DNA from: a virus | Direction: 5' to 3' (one strand) | DNA length: 64,000 nucleotides | IMG/VR virus record: IMGVR_UViG_3300044695_008209 | Location: 32,001 to 96,000 of that record | Shown: positions 36,192 through 45,992 of the stretch, one piece after another | How the letters are laid out: every line of letters starts with the position of its first letter | Position numbering within the stretch: position 1 is the first letter of the stretch | Program-made: the position numbers and the translations under genes | Notes under the pieces: model-generated | What the model was told of the DNA's origin: nothing | What the model saw: only the letters and a program-made list of their open reading frames with translations | Databases searched by the model: none

Positions 36192-36835
36192 GCGCCGCAG
36201 ACTTCCAGGCCCTCGCCTTCAGCGACCTCGCACCTCTTCGGTCCGTCGGGTTCTACTCGCAAGACCCGCTCACCCTCGACGTTCGCGGCTCCTCCTTCGT
36301 CGGAGTGACCGGCGTCAACGTGAACGGCACCCCTGCGCTGGAGTACATCGTCGTCTCCTCGACTCGCATCCTCGTGCAGGTGCCCAAGGCCGAGCTGCAC
36401 TCGCAGCTCAAGTCCGTGCGCGTCATCTTGGCCCGGTCCGGGCTGACGGCCGCGGCTCTCGTCTCGTTCGACGCTGTCGTGCCGGGTGTGCGCGCGACGG
36501 GCTTCACGAAGATGATGCAGGCTTATCTCCGCGTGCTCTTCACGAACCCCGGGGACGACCTCGCGTACCCGTGGCTGGGTGGCGGCATGTACGGCTTGGT
36601 CGGGAGCGCTGGGACGCCGAGCGAGCTCCGTGCACGCGCGTCGGTGGGAGTGAACACCGCCGCCCAGCACCTGATCCGCCTTCAGGTGAGAAACCCTGTG
36701 CTCACAGACGCGGAGAAGCTACGCTCCGCCACGCTGCTGCAGGCCGACTACAACTCGGCGACGTCTTCGATCAATGCACGAATCGCGTTGACTGCACTGG
36801 ACGGCACCACCGGCAACCCCCTCGTGAGCGTGTAG
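36188..36835 (+). CDS. Baseplate wedge gp25/W-like protein with N-terminal IPT/TIG domain
   Basis: VRGSSFVGVTGVNVNG.....VVSSTRILVQVP; LFTNPGDDLAYPWLGGG; directly precedes the J-like gene. Confidence 0.65.
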   Translation: MSAADFQALAFSDLAPLRSVGFYSQDPLTLDVRGSSFVGVTGVNVNGTPALEYIVVSSTRILVQVPKAELHSQLKSVRVILARSGLTAAALVSFDAVVPGVRATGFTKMMQAYLRVLFTNPGDDLAYPWLGGGMYGLVGSAGTPSELRARASVGVNTAAQHLIRLQVRNPVLTDAEKLRSATLLQADYNSATSSINARIALTALDGTTGNPLVSV

Positions 36836-36837
36836 AG

Positions 36838-39800
36838 ATGGCGAACATCAACTCCCAGGCCGAGGCCATCCGAGACTTCCTTGTGGGGCGTCTCGAGCTC
36901 TACGACCCGAGCATGGACACGTCGGAGGGCTCTGCCCTCTGGTCGCAGGTGATCGAGCCGACGTTCGAGCTCCTGGGCACGGATCCGTTCGACACGGACA
37001 TCCGCTCGTTCTTGAAGGACCGGGTCACCCAGGCGTTCCCGCTCATCTCCGCGCAGGACGGCGACGCGCTCGTCGACCTCCTCATCACCCCGCTCGAAGT
37101 CCTGCTCGAGCCGCTGAAGCGCGAGATCCAGATCATCCGCAAGGGGCAGTCCGCTCGGTACCCCGAGAACCTGCGCCTCGAGGACGCCCGTGACCTGGCT
37201 GCCAACTTCTTCATCGAGTGGCGCAGCGGCACTCGTTCGAGCGGGGTGGTGCGCATCTACTTCGCGGCACCGACGCACCTGACCGTGCTCCCCACCGCGG
37301 AGTTCTCGACAGCCAGCGGGCTGCTGTTCTACCCGACGCGCGCCATGACCGTGCGTCCGGAGACGATGCTGCTCTACCGGTCCGGCCAGGAGTACTACGT
37401 CGACGTGCCCCTCACGGCGGGGGACTCGACGATCGGGCACAACATCGAGAAGGGCGCGATCACCGGCGTCCGCGGCATCACGGGGTTCTCCCGCATCACG
37501 AACCTCCGGCCCTTCGAGGGAGGCTCGAGTCCGGAGACCGCCGCCGAGCTCCTGGCGCGGGTGCAGTCCAGCCTGGCGGAGCGCACCCTCAACGTACGTC
37601 GCGGCATCGTGGCGAGGCTCGAGACGGACTTCGCGTCGGTCGTGGACGTCGAGGTCGTCGGCTTCGGTGACCCCGAGATGGCGCGCGACATCATCACGGG
37701 CGGGGGTGAGGGGTCCGTCATCGCGAGCGGCGTCTGCTTCATCGTGGGCCAGTTCGTGCTGATGTTCTCGGCGTTCGAGGACCGTGGCTTCGCCGGCACC
37801 ACGGTGATCTCCGAAGGGGACGAGATCGAGCTGAACTTCTGGAGCTTCCTGTACAGCACCGAGGTCGGTGCCGCGAACGAGAAGTTCAAGATCGACACGA
37901 TCCTCTTCGACTCCAGGAACAGCATCACGGAGATGCCGTCCATCCTGCTGTTCCGCATCGACGGCGTGCCCTCCGTCACCTCACCGGTCGCCGGGGCACT
38001 CCCCGGAGTCCTTCCCGGTGTCTTCGCTGTGGTCCGCTCCACGGGCAAGATCGAGATCTCCGACATCCCAGGGGGCATCCTTGACCCGGACACCCTGCGG
38101 GGCACCATCGAGATCAACGACAACGAGGTCCACGTCGGCGGGCACTACGACGTGTGGCTCCGCGCCGCGAGCGCCACTGCAGACTCCGCCACCCACGAGG
38201 CCGTGCGGTCCGAGACCGCGCTCCTCGAGGGTTCCGACGTGGTCCTCGCGGGGGAGAGCTCCACGTACCGACACATCGTCCACCGGACCTACACCGTCAG
38301 CAGCTCCACGTCGTTCCCGCTGGGTGCAACGCTGTCCTGCGCGAGCAGTCGGGCCTCTGCGGTGATCGCCGAGGTCAGCCGCGCGGGTGCCGTCTACACG
38401 TACATCCTCTGGGAGATGAACGGCGTCGAGTTCGCCATCGGGGACAACGTCACGGATGGGACCACCACGGGAGTTCTCTCCGCGGTCAGCACGACCTCCT
38501 GGAAGGACTCGGGAGTCGAGCGCGGCATGGCCCTCTCGCTTCCCGGAGGGAACGAGGAGGGGACCTACCGCATCCTCAAGGTCGACGGGTCCTTCCTCTA
38601 CATCGACATCAACCTCACGACGACGGGACGTGACCAGCTCTTCCGTGTGCTCTCCGAGGTGACGCTCGACCTCTTCTCGCCCAAGACCATCCTCATCCCC
38701 TTCGGAGAGGCCGAGGGCGACGACCTCCGCACCGTCATCGGCTCCAAGACGGTGCGCACCACTACCAATCTGCAGGACTACGGCGTCGCCGTGGGCGACA
38801 CGATCGAGATCCTCGCCGGCGATGACGAGGGGTCCTACACGATCACCGCGTGGGACACGACGTACGGGGGACAGGGCGCTGTCCTCAGCGCCGTGATGAC
38901 CGCGACGAACTCGTCGGTGACCTACCGGGCCTACCGCACGCAGCAGGCGATCCAGCGCCCCCTCCTGCGCATGATCCCCGACGGAGTCGTGCTCCTCGAC
39001 GGCGACGGGCAGGACAGCGGCTACAAGATCCCCAACGCGCTCCCTGTCGACGTGCGCCCCGTCCACGCCTTCTCCGGGGCGAAGACCATCGCGGAGGGAC
39101 TCAACGGCTTCGTCCTGATGGACCCCGGCAGCGGGTGGGCGCCGAGTGCGGATTACACCGTCGACATCGACACCTACGACTGGGCCGGCAGGACGGGAGG
39201 AGACTTCGAGGCCTTCTACACGGAGGAGAAGTTCCGCCGCGCGTACACTGACGAGGCGCTCAGCAGCGCCGGCGGCTACATCGCGGTCATCTCGGTGCAC
39301 GGCAGCACCGGCCAGATGTACCTGGACTCCAACCTGCCCAGCGAGGTCAAGGACTTCCTCGGGAACATGCAGGACTGGCTGCTCGACATCATCGCTACCT
39401 TCGGCTTCGGCGGTGACGAGGAGGCCCTCGTCACCGCGTTCAGTCCGCTGAAGTTCGGGCCGGCGGAGGCGGCGCTGCCGCTCCTGATGCAGTTCGAGAT
39501 CCTCATCCCCTACGAGGTCTTCGACGGCTGCAACAACGTGTTCGTGGCGCTCCCCGAGTTCGACTGGAAGAACGAGTTCGAGGCCACGGACACCTTCAAC
39601 GACGCGCTGGACCGTTTCAACGACGGCACCATGCCTGGGAAGGCGCCGGCGCTGCTGAAGGCCGTCGCCGGCGACGCGCTCGCGATCACCAGCGGCCTGA
39701 ACGCGGGCTCCTACATCATCGAGAGCGTGCAGGCGTACACGTTGGTCAACATGCGCGCGGTCGTCGACGGCGGGGGCGCCATCGACCTCGACAACGCGTA

Positions 39801-42800
39801 CAAGGTCGCCCTGGTCGTCATCCGGGACGAGTTCCCGGTGCCGGCGTTCTACGGCCTCGACACCTTCTTCAAGGAGGGGGCCCCCGCATGGAGCGTGCCG
39901 GCCGTTGCCGACCTCCCGTTCTCCGTCGTGGACGTGGACGGGAACCCCGTGGATGGGTGGACCTGGGTGGAGAAGGCCTTCGAGTGGCTCTTCCAGACGC
40001 TCAACGCGCTCGGATTCGACCTCCCCTCCGGAGTGAGCCTCGATGCGCCCGAGACGCTGAAGGCGCTCTGGCAGATGCTCTTCAGCTCCTACACGGTGGC
40101 CCGGCCCACGGCGCCTCAGTACCTGCGGATGTACTTCCAGGAGCCCACCAGCTGCACCGTGTACGCGCCGCAGGTGTGCGCGCGGTACCAGTGGGCGCTG
40201 CCGGTGCTCGTACCGGCAGATGCCATCACCGGGGTAGAACTCACCCTCCCCCTCCCGGACCTCGAGGGGCTGACGGTCTCGCTCGAGGTCGAGCGGCTCA
40301 CTGGGTCCGTTCCGCTCACTGGAACCCTCACCGCCGACTTCAACACCGCAGCCACCCTGGAGGAACTCGCGGAGTTCCTCCAGGCGCTCCTGGACCCGAC
40401 TGGCGAGTACGTGACCTTCTCGGGCCCGGCGACGGTGACCGGGTCGCTCTCCGTCACGCAGGCCGTCGGCGGCATCGACGAGTACCTGTACCTCTCTGCG
40501 ATCAGCTTGACCGCGGGCTTCCGCGTGCTCGGCTTCTACGGTCCGGCGCCGGCCAAGTTCCCCGAGGTCGACACCACGACGACGTGTGCCACGATGTACG
40601 AGCGGATCACGACGACCACCGACGCCCTGGGCATGAAGCTCACCGTCAACACATCGTTGACGTGCGTTGTCGGGCTGGACGTCTTCGTGGGATCCTTCAC
40701 GATCGGCGAGGCGGTCACCGCGCTCCCTTCTGGTGCCTCCGGCACGGTGTGGGCCTTCGCGGACGATACGACCAACGCAGCTGCCGGGTATCTCTGGATT
40801 TCCGATGTGTCGGGGACCTTTTCTGCTGGCGACGCCATCACCGGCTCTGACAGCGGGGCGACCATCGCCGAAGCCTGGGTCGTCGACATCGACAAGGTCT
40901 GGGAGATCGAGGTGACCGATGGAGTTCTTGCATCCACGCGTACCTTTGAGGAGGTAGCAGCTGCACTGCAGGCGGCCACCGTGGCTGCGGTGCAGGACGA
41001 CATCATCGCGGTCGGCACTCCTGGCACCTTCGACGACGTGCAGATCTCCGCTACCTTCGAGGTCACGATCGAGTTCGTGGATCAGTCCGGCACTGGAGCC
41101 GGTCCGGGGAGGTACGAGATCAACATCGCGGACTCCGGCAGCCCCGCGTTGATCGACAACTTCAGCGTGGACTCGCCGACGGACATCACGTGGGTGGACT
41201 TCGCAGTGACCTACGTCAATCCCACGCTGCCGACGTTCAGCACCGCCACCGAGCTGCTCGGGGCGGACTACACCCCCGCGGTCACCGTCCCCGAGATGTC
41301 CACGGACGACGGGGTCACCACCGTCACGCTCAGCCCTACGCTGACCTACTGGGAGGCCCTCACCTTCAAGACGGAGGTGTGCGACCTCATCGACAGCGGG
41401 GACTACGAGGGGGCAGCCCAGGCGCTCAACGCGAAGGAGGACTGGACTGCCAGTGGGGGCGTTCGCCACCTGTTCTGGTCGGACACCGGGTCTGCCCTGC
41501 GACTGCGCGGCATCGTAGGAGGGGTCGACTCCGTCGTCTCCATCATGGACGCGAACCGCCTGGGCTTCCCTATTCCGGGAGGTATCGCCCTTCCCGCGGC
41601 GTCCGGAAACGGCACCACAACGGTCGCCTGGATGGCACAGGGGAGCACCACGGCCGGAGAGACCGAAGCGGCCTTCGAGCACCCCCATGCACCGACTCTC
41701 TTCGTGGGCACGGTAGGGGCCAGCGAGCTCCTCTTCACCCCGTCGGCGGAGGCCGACGCGTACCAGATCTTCCCGGGCCAGACGAGCGAGGGGGAGACCG
41801 CGGTGACGGGTCTTCCTCGTGACATCGTGATCGGCACCCCGTACAGCGGGCAGCTGTCGGCGGAGTGCGTGTTCACGGACGACGCGTACGCGGCGCCCAT
41901 CGAGCTCGACATCCGAGAGGAGGCAGACTGGCTGCTCGTGTACGAACAGCGTCGCATGCTCGAGCACACCGACTACACCGCGCTGGACACGGACATCTCC
42001 GGAGACCGCGTCGCGGCGGTGGTCACGTCGTTCGGCTCGAACCAAGTGAGCCTGCTGGACCTCGGCGACGCCAACGAGTTCACCTTCCTCGCCCCCAACA
42101 GTGGCCTTGAGTTCGACCAGGTGCAGGTCGGCGACGTGCTCTTCATCGAGGAGGGCGACGACGAGGGCGGCTACACGGTCCTCGAGCGCTCCAGCACGAT
42201 CCTCACCCTCGACCGCAACCTCACCGCGAGCACCGAGCGTGTCTACCGCTATGGCAACGACGGCATCCTGATCGTGGACGCTGTGGACGCCAAGGTCACC
42301 TCTGCGACCGGGTTGTTCACGAGCGACGACATCGGGAGGTACCTGACCCTCTGGGGCTCGAACCGCGAGGCAACGGACGGGAGCTACAAGATCACCGCGG
42401 TGGAGACGGACGGCTCTGGGTGCACCCTCGAGGCTGACGTCTTCCCCGAGACCGAGACCGACGTCCACTGGGTGGTCGTCAAGGCGCCGGTGGACGCGCT
42501 CGGCGACTCCTCCATCCTGGGCCGCACGGCGCTCCTCGGTGTCCGCCCGATCCGCGTCTACAGCGGGACCCCTGCCGAGCTCCGCGTCGTGCAGGTGTCC
42601 CCGACGCTCGTGCGGGCAGAGTCCACGGTCTTCACCGCTCTGACGGAAGCGGGCGAGGTACCGCGGAGTGGTGTGAAGCAGCCCTACAAGTTCGTCCGCC
42701 CGGGCACCCAGCACATCTCGTCCACGCTCATGAACGAGCAGAGGGAGCGCGGGCTCTACTACTTCGACGCCCTCACCACCTCCTTGGGCGGCGGCGAACT

Positions 42801-43488
42801 CTACAACCTCCCGGAGCACACGAAGGTGGAGCCGGTCTTCGGGACCTACGACTCCCACGGGTATCGGATCGACGTCAGCGACAACAGGTACACCTTCTCC
42901 ACGAAGGAGGAGGCGACGCTCTCGCTGTCCGCGGTGTTCCTGCCGACGGGCCTGGACGACACGTTGAGCAACCTGGTCACGGTCAGCGACCAGAGCATCC
43001 GCTTCGACTACGAGTACGTGCCCACGGTGGCGGAGGTGCAGAGCCTCCTCTCCTCGGAGCTCGACCGCGTCCTCTGCGCGAACGCCCTCGCGCGGCACTT
43101 CCTGCCCGCGTACGTCTCGCTCGACATCACCTACACGGGAGGGAACAGCCCAGCCACGGTGGTTGCGGCGCTGCAGGACAGCATCAACTCGATGAGCGCC
43201 GTCGACGAGCTGGACCTGTCCAAGCTCGAGAAGATCCTGCACAACAACGCCGTGACCCAGTACGGCCACCCCATCACGCTCATCACGCTCACCCACGACA
43301 TCGACCGGAAGATCGTCGGGACGCAGGCTGAGGGGGTCATCAACGACGACAACATCGCGTACAACGGTACGAATCGCACCACGTTCTTCATCGCAGGAGC
43401 TGACGCATCCTCCGGGGAGGAGGTGGACGCCCCCGCCGGGGCCAGGATCCGCTTGACCCGAGGCACCACCCGCTCGACCTTCAGGTGA
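36838..43488 (+). CDS. Giant baseplate J-like wedge protein (2216 aa)
   Basis: GGSSPETAAELLARV J-signature near residue 230; J-type C-terminus (LPAYVSLDITY..VVAALQDSINS). Confidence 0.75.
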   Translation: MANINSQAEAIRDFLVGRLELYDPSMDTSEGSALWSQVIEPTFELLGTDPFDTDIRSFLKDRVTQAFPLISAQDGDALVDLLITPLEVLLEPLKREIQIIRKGQSARYPENLRLEDARDLAANFFIEWRSGTRSSGVVRIYFAAPTHLTVLPTAEFSTASGLLFYPTRAMTVRPETMLLYRSGQEYYVDVPLTAGDSTIGHNIEKGAITGVRGITGFSRITNLRPFEGGSSPETAAELLARVQSSLAERTLNVRRGIVARLETDFASVVDVEVVGFGDPEMARDIITGGGEGSVIASGVCFIVGQFVLMFSAFEDRGFAGTTVISEGDEIELNFWSFLYSTEVGAANEKFKIDTILFDSRNSITEMPSILLFRIDGVPSVTSPVAGALPGVLPGVFAVVRSTGKIEISDIPGGILDPDTLRGTIEINDNEVHVGGHYDVWLRAASATADSATHEAVRSETALLEGSDVVLAGESSTYRHIVHRTYTVSSSTSFPLGATLSCASSRASAVIAEVSRAGAVYTYILWEMNGVEFAIGDNVTDGTTTGVLSAVSTTSWKDSGVERGMALSLPGGNEEGTYRILKVDGSFLYIDINLTTTGRDQLFRVLSEVTLDLFSPKTILIPFGEAEGDDLRTVIGSKTVRTTTNLQDYGVAVGDTIEILAGDDEGSYTITAWDTTYGGQGAVLSAVMTATNSSVTYRAYRTQQAIQRPLLRMIPDGVVLLDGDGQDSGYKIPNALPVDVRPVHAFSGAKTIAEGLNGFVLMDPGSGWAPSADYTVDIDTYDWAGRTGGDFEAFYTEEKFRRAYTDEALSSAGGYIAVISVHGSTGQMYLDSNLPSEVKDFLGNMQDWLLDIIATFGFGGDEEALVTAFSPLKFGPAEAALPLLMQFEILIPYEVFDGCNNVFVALPEFDWKNEFEATDTFNDALDRFNDGTMPGKAPALLKAVAGDALAITSGLNAGSYIIESVQAYTLVNMRAVVDGGGAIDLDNAYKVALVVIRDEFPVPAFYGLDTFFKEGAPAWSVPAVADLPFSVVDVDGNPVDGWTWVEKAFEWLFQTLNALGFDLPSGVSLDAPETLKALWQMLFSSYTVARPTAPQYLRMYFQEPTSCTVYAPQVCARYQWALPVLVPADAITGVELTLPLPDLEGLTVSLEVERLTGSVPLTGTLTADFNTAATLEELAEFLQALLDPTGEYVTFSGPATVTGSLSVTQAVGGIDEYLYLSAISLTAGFRVLGFYGPAPAKFPEVDTTTTCATMYERITTTTDALGMKLTVNTSLTCVVGLDVFVGSFTIGEAVTALPSGASGTVWAFADDTTNAAAGYLWISDVSGTFSAGDAITGSDSGATIAEAWVVDIDKVWEIEVTDGVLASTRTFEEVAAALQAATVAAVQDDIIAVGTPGTFDDVQISATFEVTIEFVDQSGTGAGPGRYEINIADSGSPALIDNFSVDSPTDITWVDFAVTYVNPTLPTFSTATELLGADYTPAVTVPEMSTDDGVTTVTLSPTLTYWEALTFKTEVCDLIDSGDYEGAAQALNAKEDWTASGGVRHLFWSDTGSALRLRGIVGGVDSVVSIMDANRLGFPIPGGIALPAASGNGTTTVAWMAQGSTTAGETEAAFEHPHAPTLFVGTVGASELLFTPSAEADAYQIFPGQTSEGETAVTGLPRDIVIGTPYSGQLSAECVFTDDAYAAPIELDIREEADWLLVYEQRRMLEHTDYTALDTDISGDRVAAVVTSFGSNQVSLLDLGDANEFTFLAPNSGLEFDQVQVGDVLFIEEGDDEGGYTVLERSSTILTLDRNLTASTERVYRYGNDGILIVDAVDAKVTSATGLFTSDDIGRYLTLWGSNREATDGSYKITAVETDGSGCTLEADVFPETETDVHWVVVKAPVDALGDSSILGRTALLGVRPIRVYSGTPAELRVVQVSPTLVRAESTVFTALTEAGEVPRSGVKQPYKFVRPGTQHISSTLMNEQRERGLYYFDALTTSLGGGELYNLPEHTKVEPVFGTYDSHGYRIDVSDNRYTFSTKEEATLSLSAVFLPTGLDDTLSNLVTVSDQSIRFDYEYVPTVAEVQSLLSSELDRVLCANALARHFLPAYVSLDITYTGGNSPATVVAALQDSINSMSAVDELDLSKLEKILHNNAVTQYGHPITLITLTHDIDRKIVGTQAEGVINDDNIAYNGTNRTTFFIAGADASSGEEVDAPAGARIRLTRGTTRSTFR

Positions 43489-43723
43489 TCAGCCCATGCG
43501 CTGGACAGTGAGCCACGTAACAGACCCCGTCGTCGTCGAAGACGTCGGAGGGGTTCGAGGGCAGCCGGGCAACCAGGGCGCGCCCGCACTCCGGTCGGGG
43601 GCACTTTCGGCGTGTGATCGCTACGCGACGATCGACGTCCACCCGCGCCCTCTCCTCGTTGGTCGGGACGTACCCCTTCAAGAGGTCGCGCGCTGCAGCC
43701 GGATGGAGTACCTGTAGAACCAT
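43481..43723 (-). CDS. Small antisense Zn-ribbon protein
   Basis: CPRPECG...CYVAHCPAHG fills the only gap in the operon. Confidence 0.4.
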   Translation of the reverse strand: MVLQVLHPAAARDLLKGYVPTNEERARVDVDRRVAITRRKCPRPECGRALVARLPSNPSDVFDDDGVCYVAHCPAHGLIT

Positions 43724-45992
43724 GGCTTCTCCTATCATCTCGAACCGACGGCCAGATGAGGGGGACACTGCGGTCTCCATTGATACCCCGTTCCGCTTCG
43801 GGGTTCGAGACCTGGACACCCGGGCTGACCTGACCACCGTGTACTGCTCGGTCACCTACGCGAAGGCTGTCTACGTGCCGGAGGTGCTTCCGACGCTCGA
43901 CGAGACCCTGGAAGCTGCGGGCGCGTCCCTGATCCTCAGCATGTTCGACGACGCGGCGGGTGTCGTGAACCCGGGAGACCCCTGCGATCAGACCATCGAG
44001 ACGGTGGGGCCGAGCTCGGTCTACCGCATCGAGAAGTCCGGCGTGGACCTCTCGCCACAGGAGGGGGTGCTCTACGTCACCCTGCCGGCGCAGGATGCGC
44101 CCGGCCCGTACACGTTGAAGGTGCAGCTGGACCTGGTCGCCGTGACCGCTGCCGGGGCTGCGTACACCACGCATGCCGACTTCGTAGGCGTTGTCGTGGG
44201 GTTGGTCTACTGGCCCGAGAACACCGGCATCTTCCTCCTGTTCCGAGACGACGGCACGAAGCGGGTCTCGATCGTCGGACCTTCCACAGACGGGGTCGGC
44301 ACTCGCTCTGTTGAGACCTCGACGGTCTACGACTGGACCGAACCCGCGGTCTACACCATCTACTTCGACCCCACGGTGTTCCGGCGGAAGGCCCTCGTGT
44401 GCGCCACGGACGCGCTGGGCACGGAGACGGTCCTCGCAGAGATCGATCTCGACACCCTCAACGAGTTCCTCCCCTCCGTTCGCATGGGCAACCTCTACGC
44501 CGAGAACGCGCCGAGTGGCGTCACGGCAGTGATGGGACTCGACAGCACCAACCAGGGCGACTACCTCGACATCTACGGATTCTCCTTCGCCAACTACGGG
44601 AAGGTCCTCCTGGTGGGCGGGAGTCAGACAGCCTCCAGCTTCGTGGAGACACTGCCCACGGAGCTGGTGGAAGTCGTCGGGTCTGAAGGTGCGGAGGAGT
44701 GGGCATCGTCTGGGACCTTCGAGGAGGAGAGCACCGGCACGGCCCTGCACATCACCGCAACCTCCGGACCAGCCATGAAGACCCGGGAGGAGGCGGACAC
44801 CGCACAGGCCGCATGGCTGCTCACGGGGAAGTTCACCGCGCGCAACTCGGTGCACGAGGGCTCGTACAACACCGGGATGGGCTTCCTCGTGGAGGACGGC
44901 ACGCGGAAGATCAAGCTGGCCCTCCTGGACAACTTCGTGGGGGTCACCCTCGGCATCGAGGACGCCACCCTCGACGAGGACGACTCCCTCACCGGCTATG
45001 CGCTTCCGGTCGACGCCGTAGACTGGGAGGAGGACGTCACCTTCACTCTCCTCGGGTCTTCGGCAGGAGGACGCGACGCCATTCGGCTCTTCGTGGGGAC
45101 CGAGGATGTCGTCCCGGTGGCGAGCACGACCTACTCGTCCCTCGGGTTCACCGCCACGACCGAGTCGCGGGTCTCGTTCGGGTTCATCGAGACGGGGGAC
45201 TTCTCGGGGGACTTCTACCTCGTCAACCTGTGGATGATCCCCTACGGGTTCTTCTACGAGGGGTTCGAGGCGTCTGCTCCCGACGGCCAGGGCTGGACCC
45301 GGACATCGGCGCTGGGGTCCCGCGTGCTCGGGACGGCCTCAGTGTCGGTGGACTGCACCGCAGCTGGGGCCTACGACATCTACTCGATCGAGGACTCCAC
45401 CTACGACGCGACGTCCGGTGCGGCCGCCTTCATCAAGGTCAAGGTGACGGGCTGGACCGATGCGAGCGGTGCGGCGAGCCCCCTGCGCTCCGAGTTCGGC
45501 CCCGTCCTCGTGCTTCGGGCCGGGAGCACGGGAGCCGGGCTGCGCTTCATCGTGAACGACGATGGGGTCGCCTACGTGTTCCTGTCGAACGAGGAGTCGG
45601 ACTACCTCGACGTGCTGGCGCAGAACGCTGCCGGCGTGGCCATCTCTGCCGAGATCGACCTCAGCACCGCGCACGTGTTCCTGGTGGACGTGAAGCCGCT
45701 CCAGTACATCCGGCTCTACATCGACTACTCCACCACACCGGCGATCGAGGCCGAGTGGCCCGCCACGACCCTCCTCCGCTCCCTTCCGACAAACCTGCCC
45801 GCGAACTCTGTCATCGCGTTCGGGTCGCTGAACGAGGACGCCGGGGTCGCGTGTGAGGTCGCCTTCCTGCGCGGGGGTGTCGGGAGGGGCTACGACATCA
45901 AGGCGACCCTCTCCGTGTCGGAGGCGGAGATGCAGGCCTCGGTTTATGGCAGCACCGCGGATGTCTACATCGACGTCCAGGACGAGGACTGA
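43722..45992 (+). CDS. Large beta-rich structural protein (lectin/concanavalin-like candidate)
   Basis: 756 aa, beta-strand-rich, within the baseplate operon. Confidence 0.6.
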   Translation: MASPIISNRRPDEGDTAVSIDTPFRFGVRDLDTRADLTTVYCSVTYAKAVYVPEVLPTLDETLEAAGASLILSMFDDAAGVVNPGDPCDQTIETVGPSSVYRIEKSGVDLSPQEGVLYVTLPAQDAPGPYTLKVQLDLVAVTAAGAAYTTHADFVGVVVGLVYWPENTGIFLLFRDDGTKRVSIVGPSTDGVGTRSVETSTVYDWTEPAVYTIYFDPTVFRRKALVCATDALGTETVLAEIDLDTLNEFLPSVRMGNLYAENAPSGVTAVMGLDSTNQGDYLDIYGFSFANYGKVLLVGGSQTASSFVETLPTELVEVVGSEGAEEWASSGTFEEESTGTALHITATSGPAMKTREEADTAQAAWLLTGKFTARNSVHEGSYNTGMGFLVEDGTRKIKLALLDNFVGVTLGIEDATLDEDDSLTGYALPVDAVDWEEDVTFTLLGSSAGGRDAIRLFVGTEDVVPVASTTYSSLGFTATTESRVSFGFIETGDFSGDFYLVNLWMIPYGFFYEGFEASAPDGQGWTRTSALGSRVLGTASVSVDCTAAGAYDIYSIEDSTYDATSGAAAFIKVKVTGWTDASGAASPLRSEFGPVLVLRAGSTGAGLRFIVNDDGVAYVFLSNEESDYLDVLAQNAAGVAISAEIDLSTAHVFLVDVKPLQYIRLYIDYSTTPAIEAEWPATTLLRSLPTNLPANSVIAFGSLNEDAGVACEVAFLRGGVGRGYDIKATLSVSEAEMQASVYGSTADVYIDVQDED

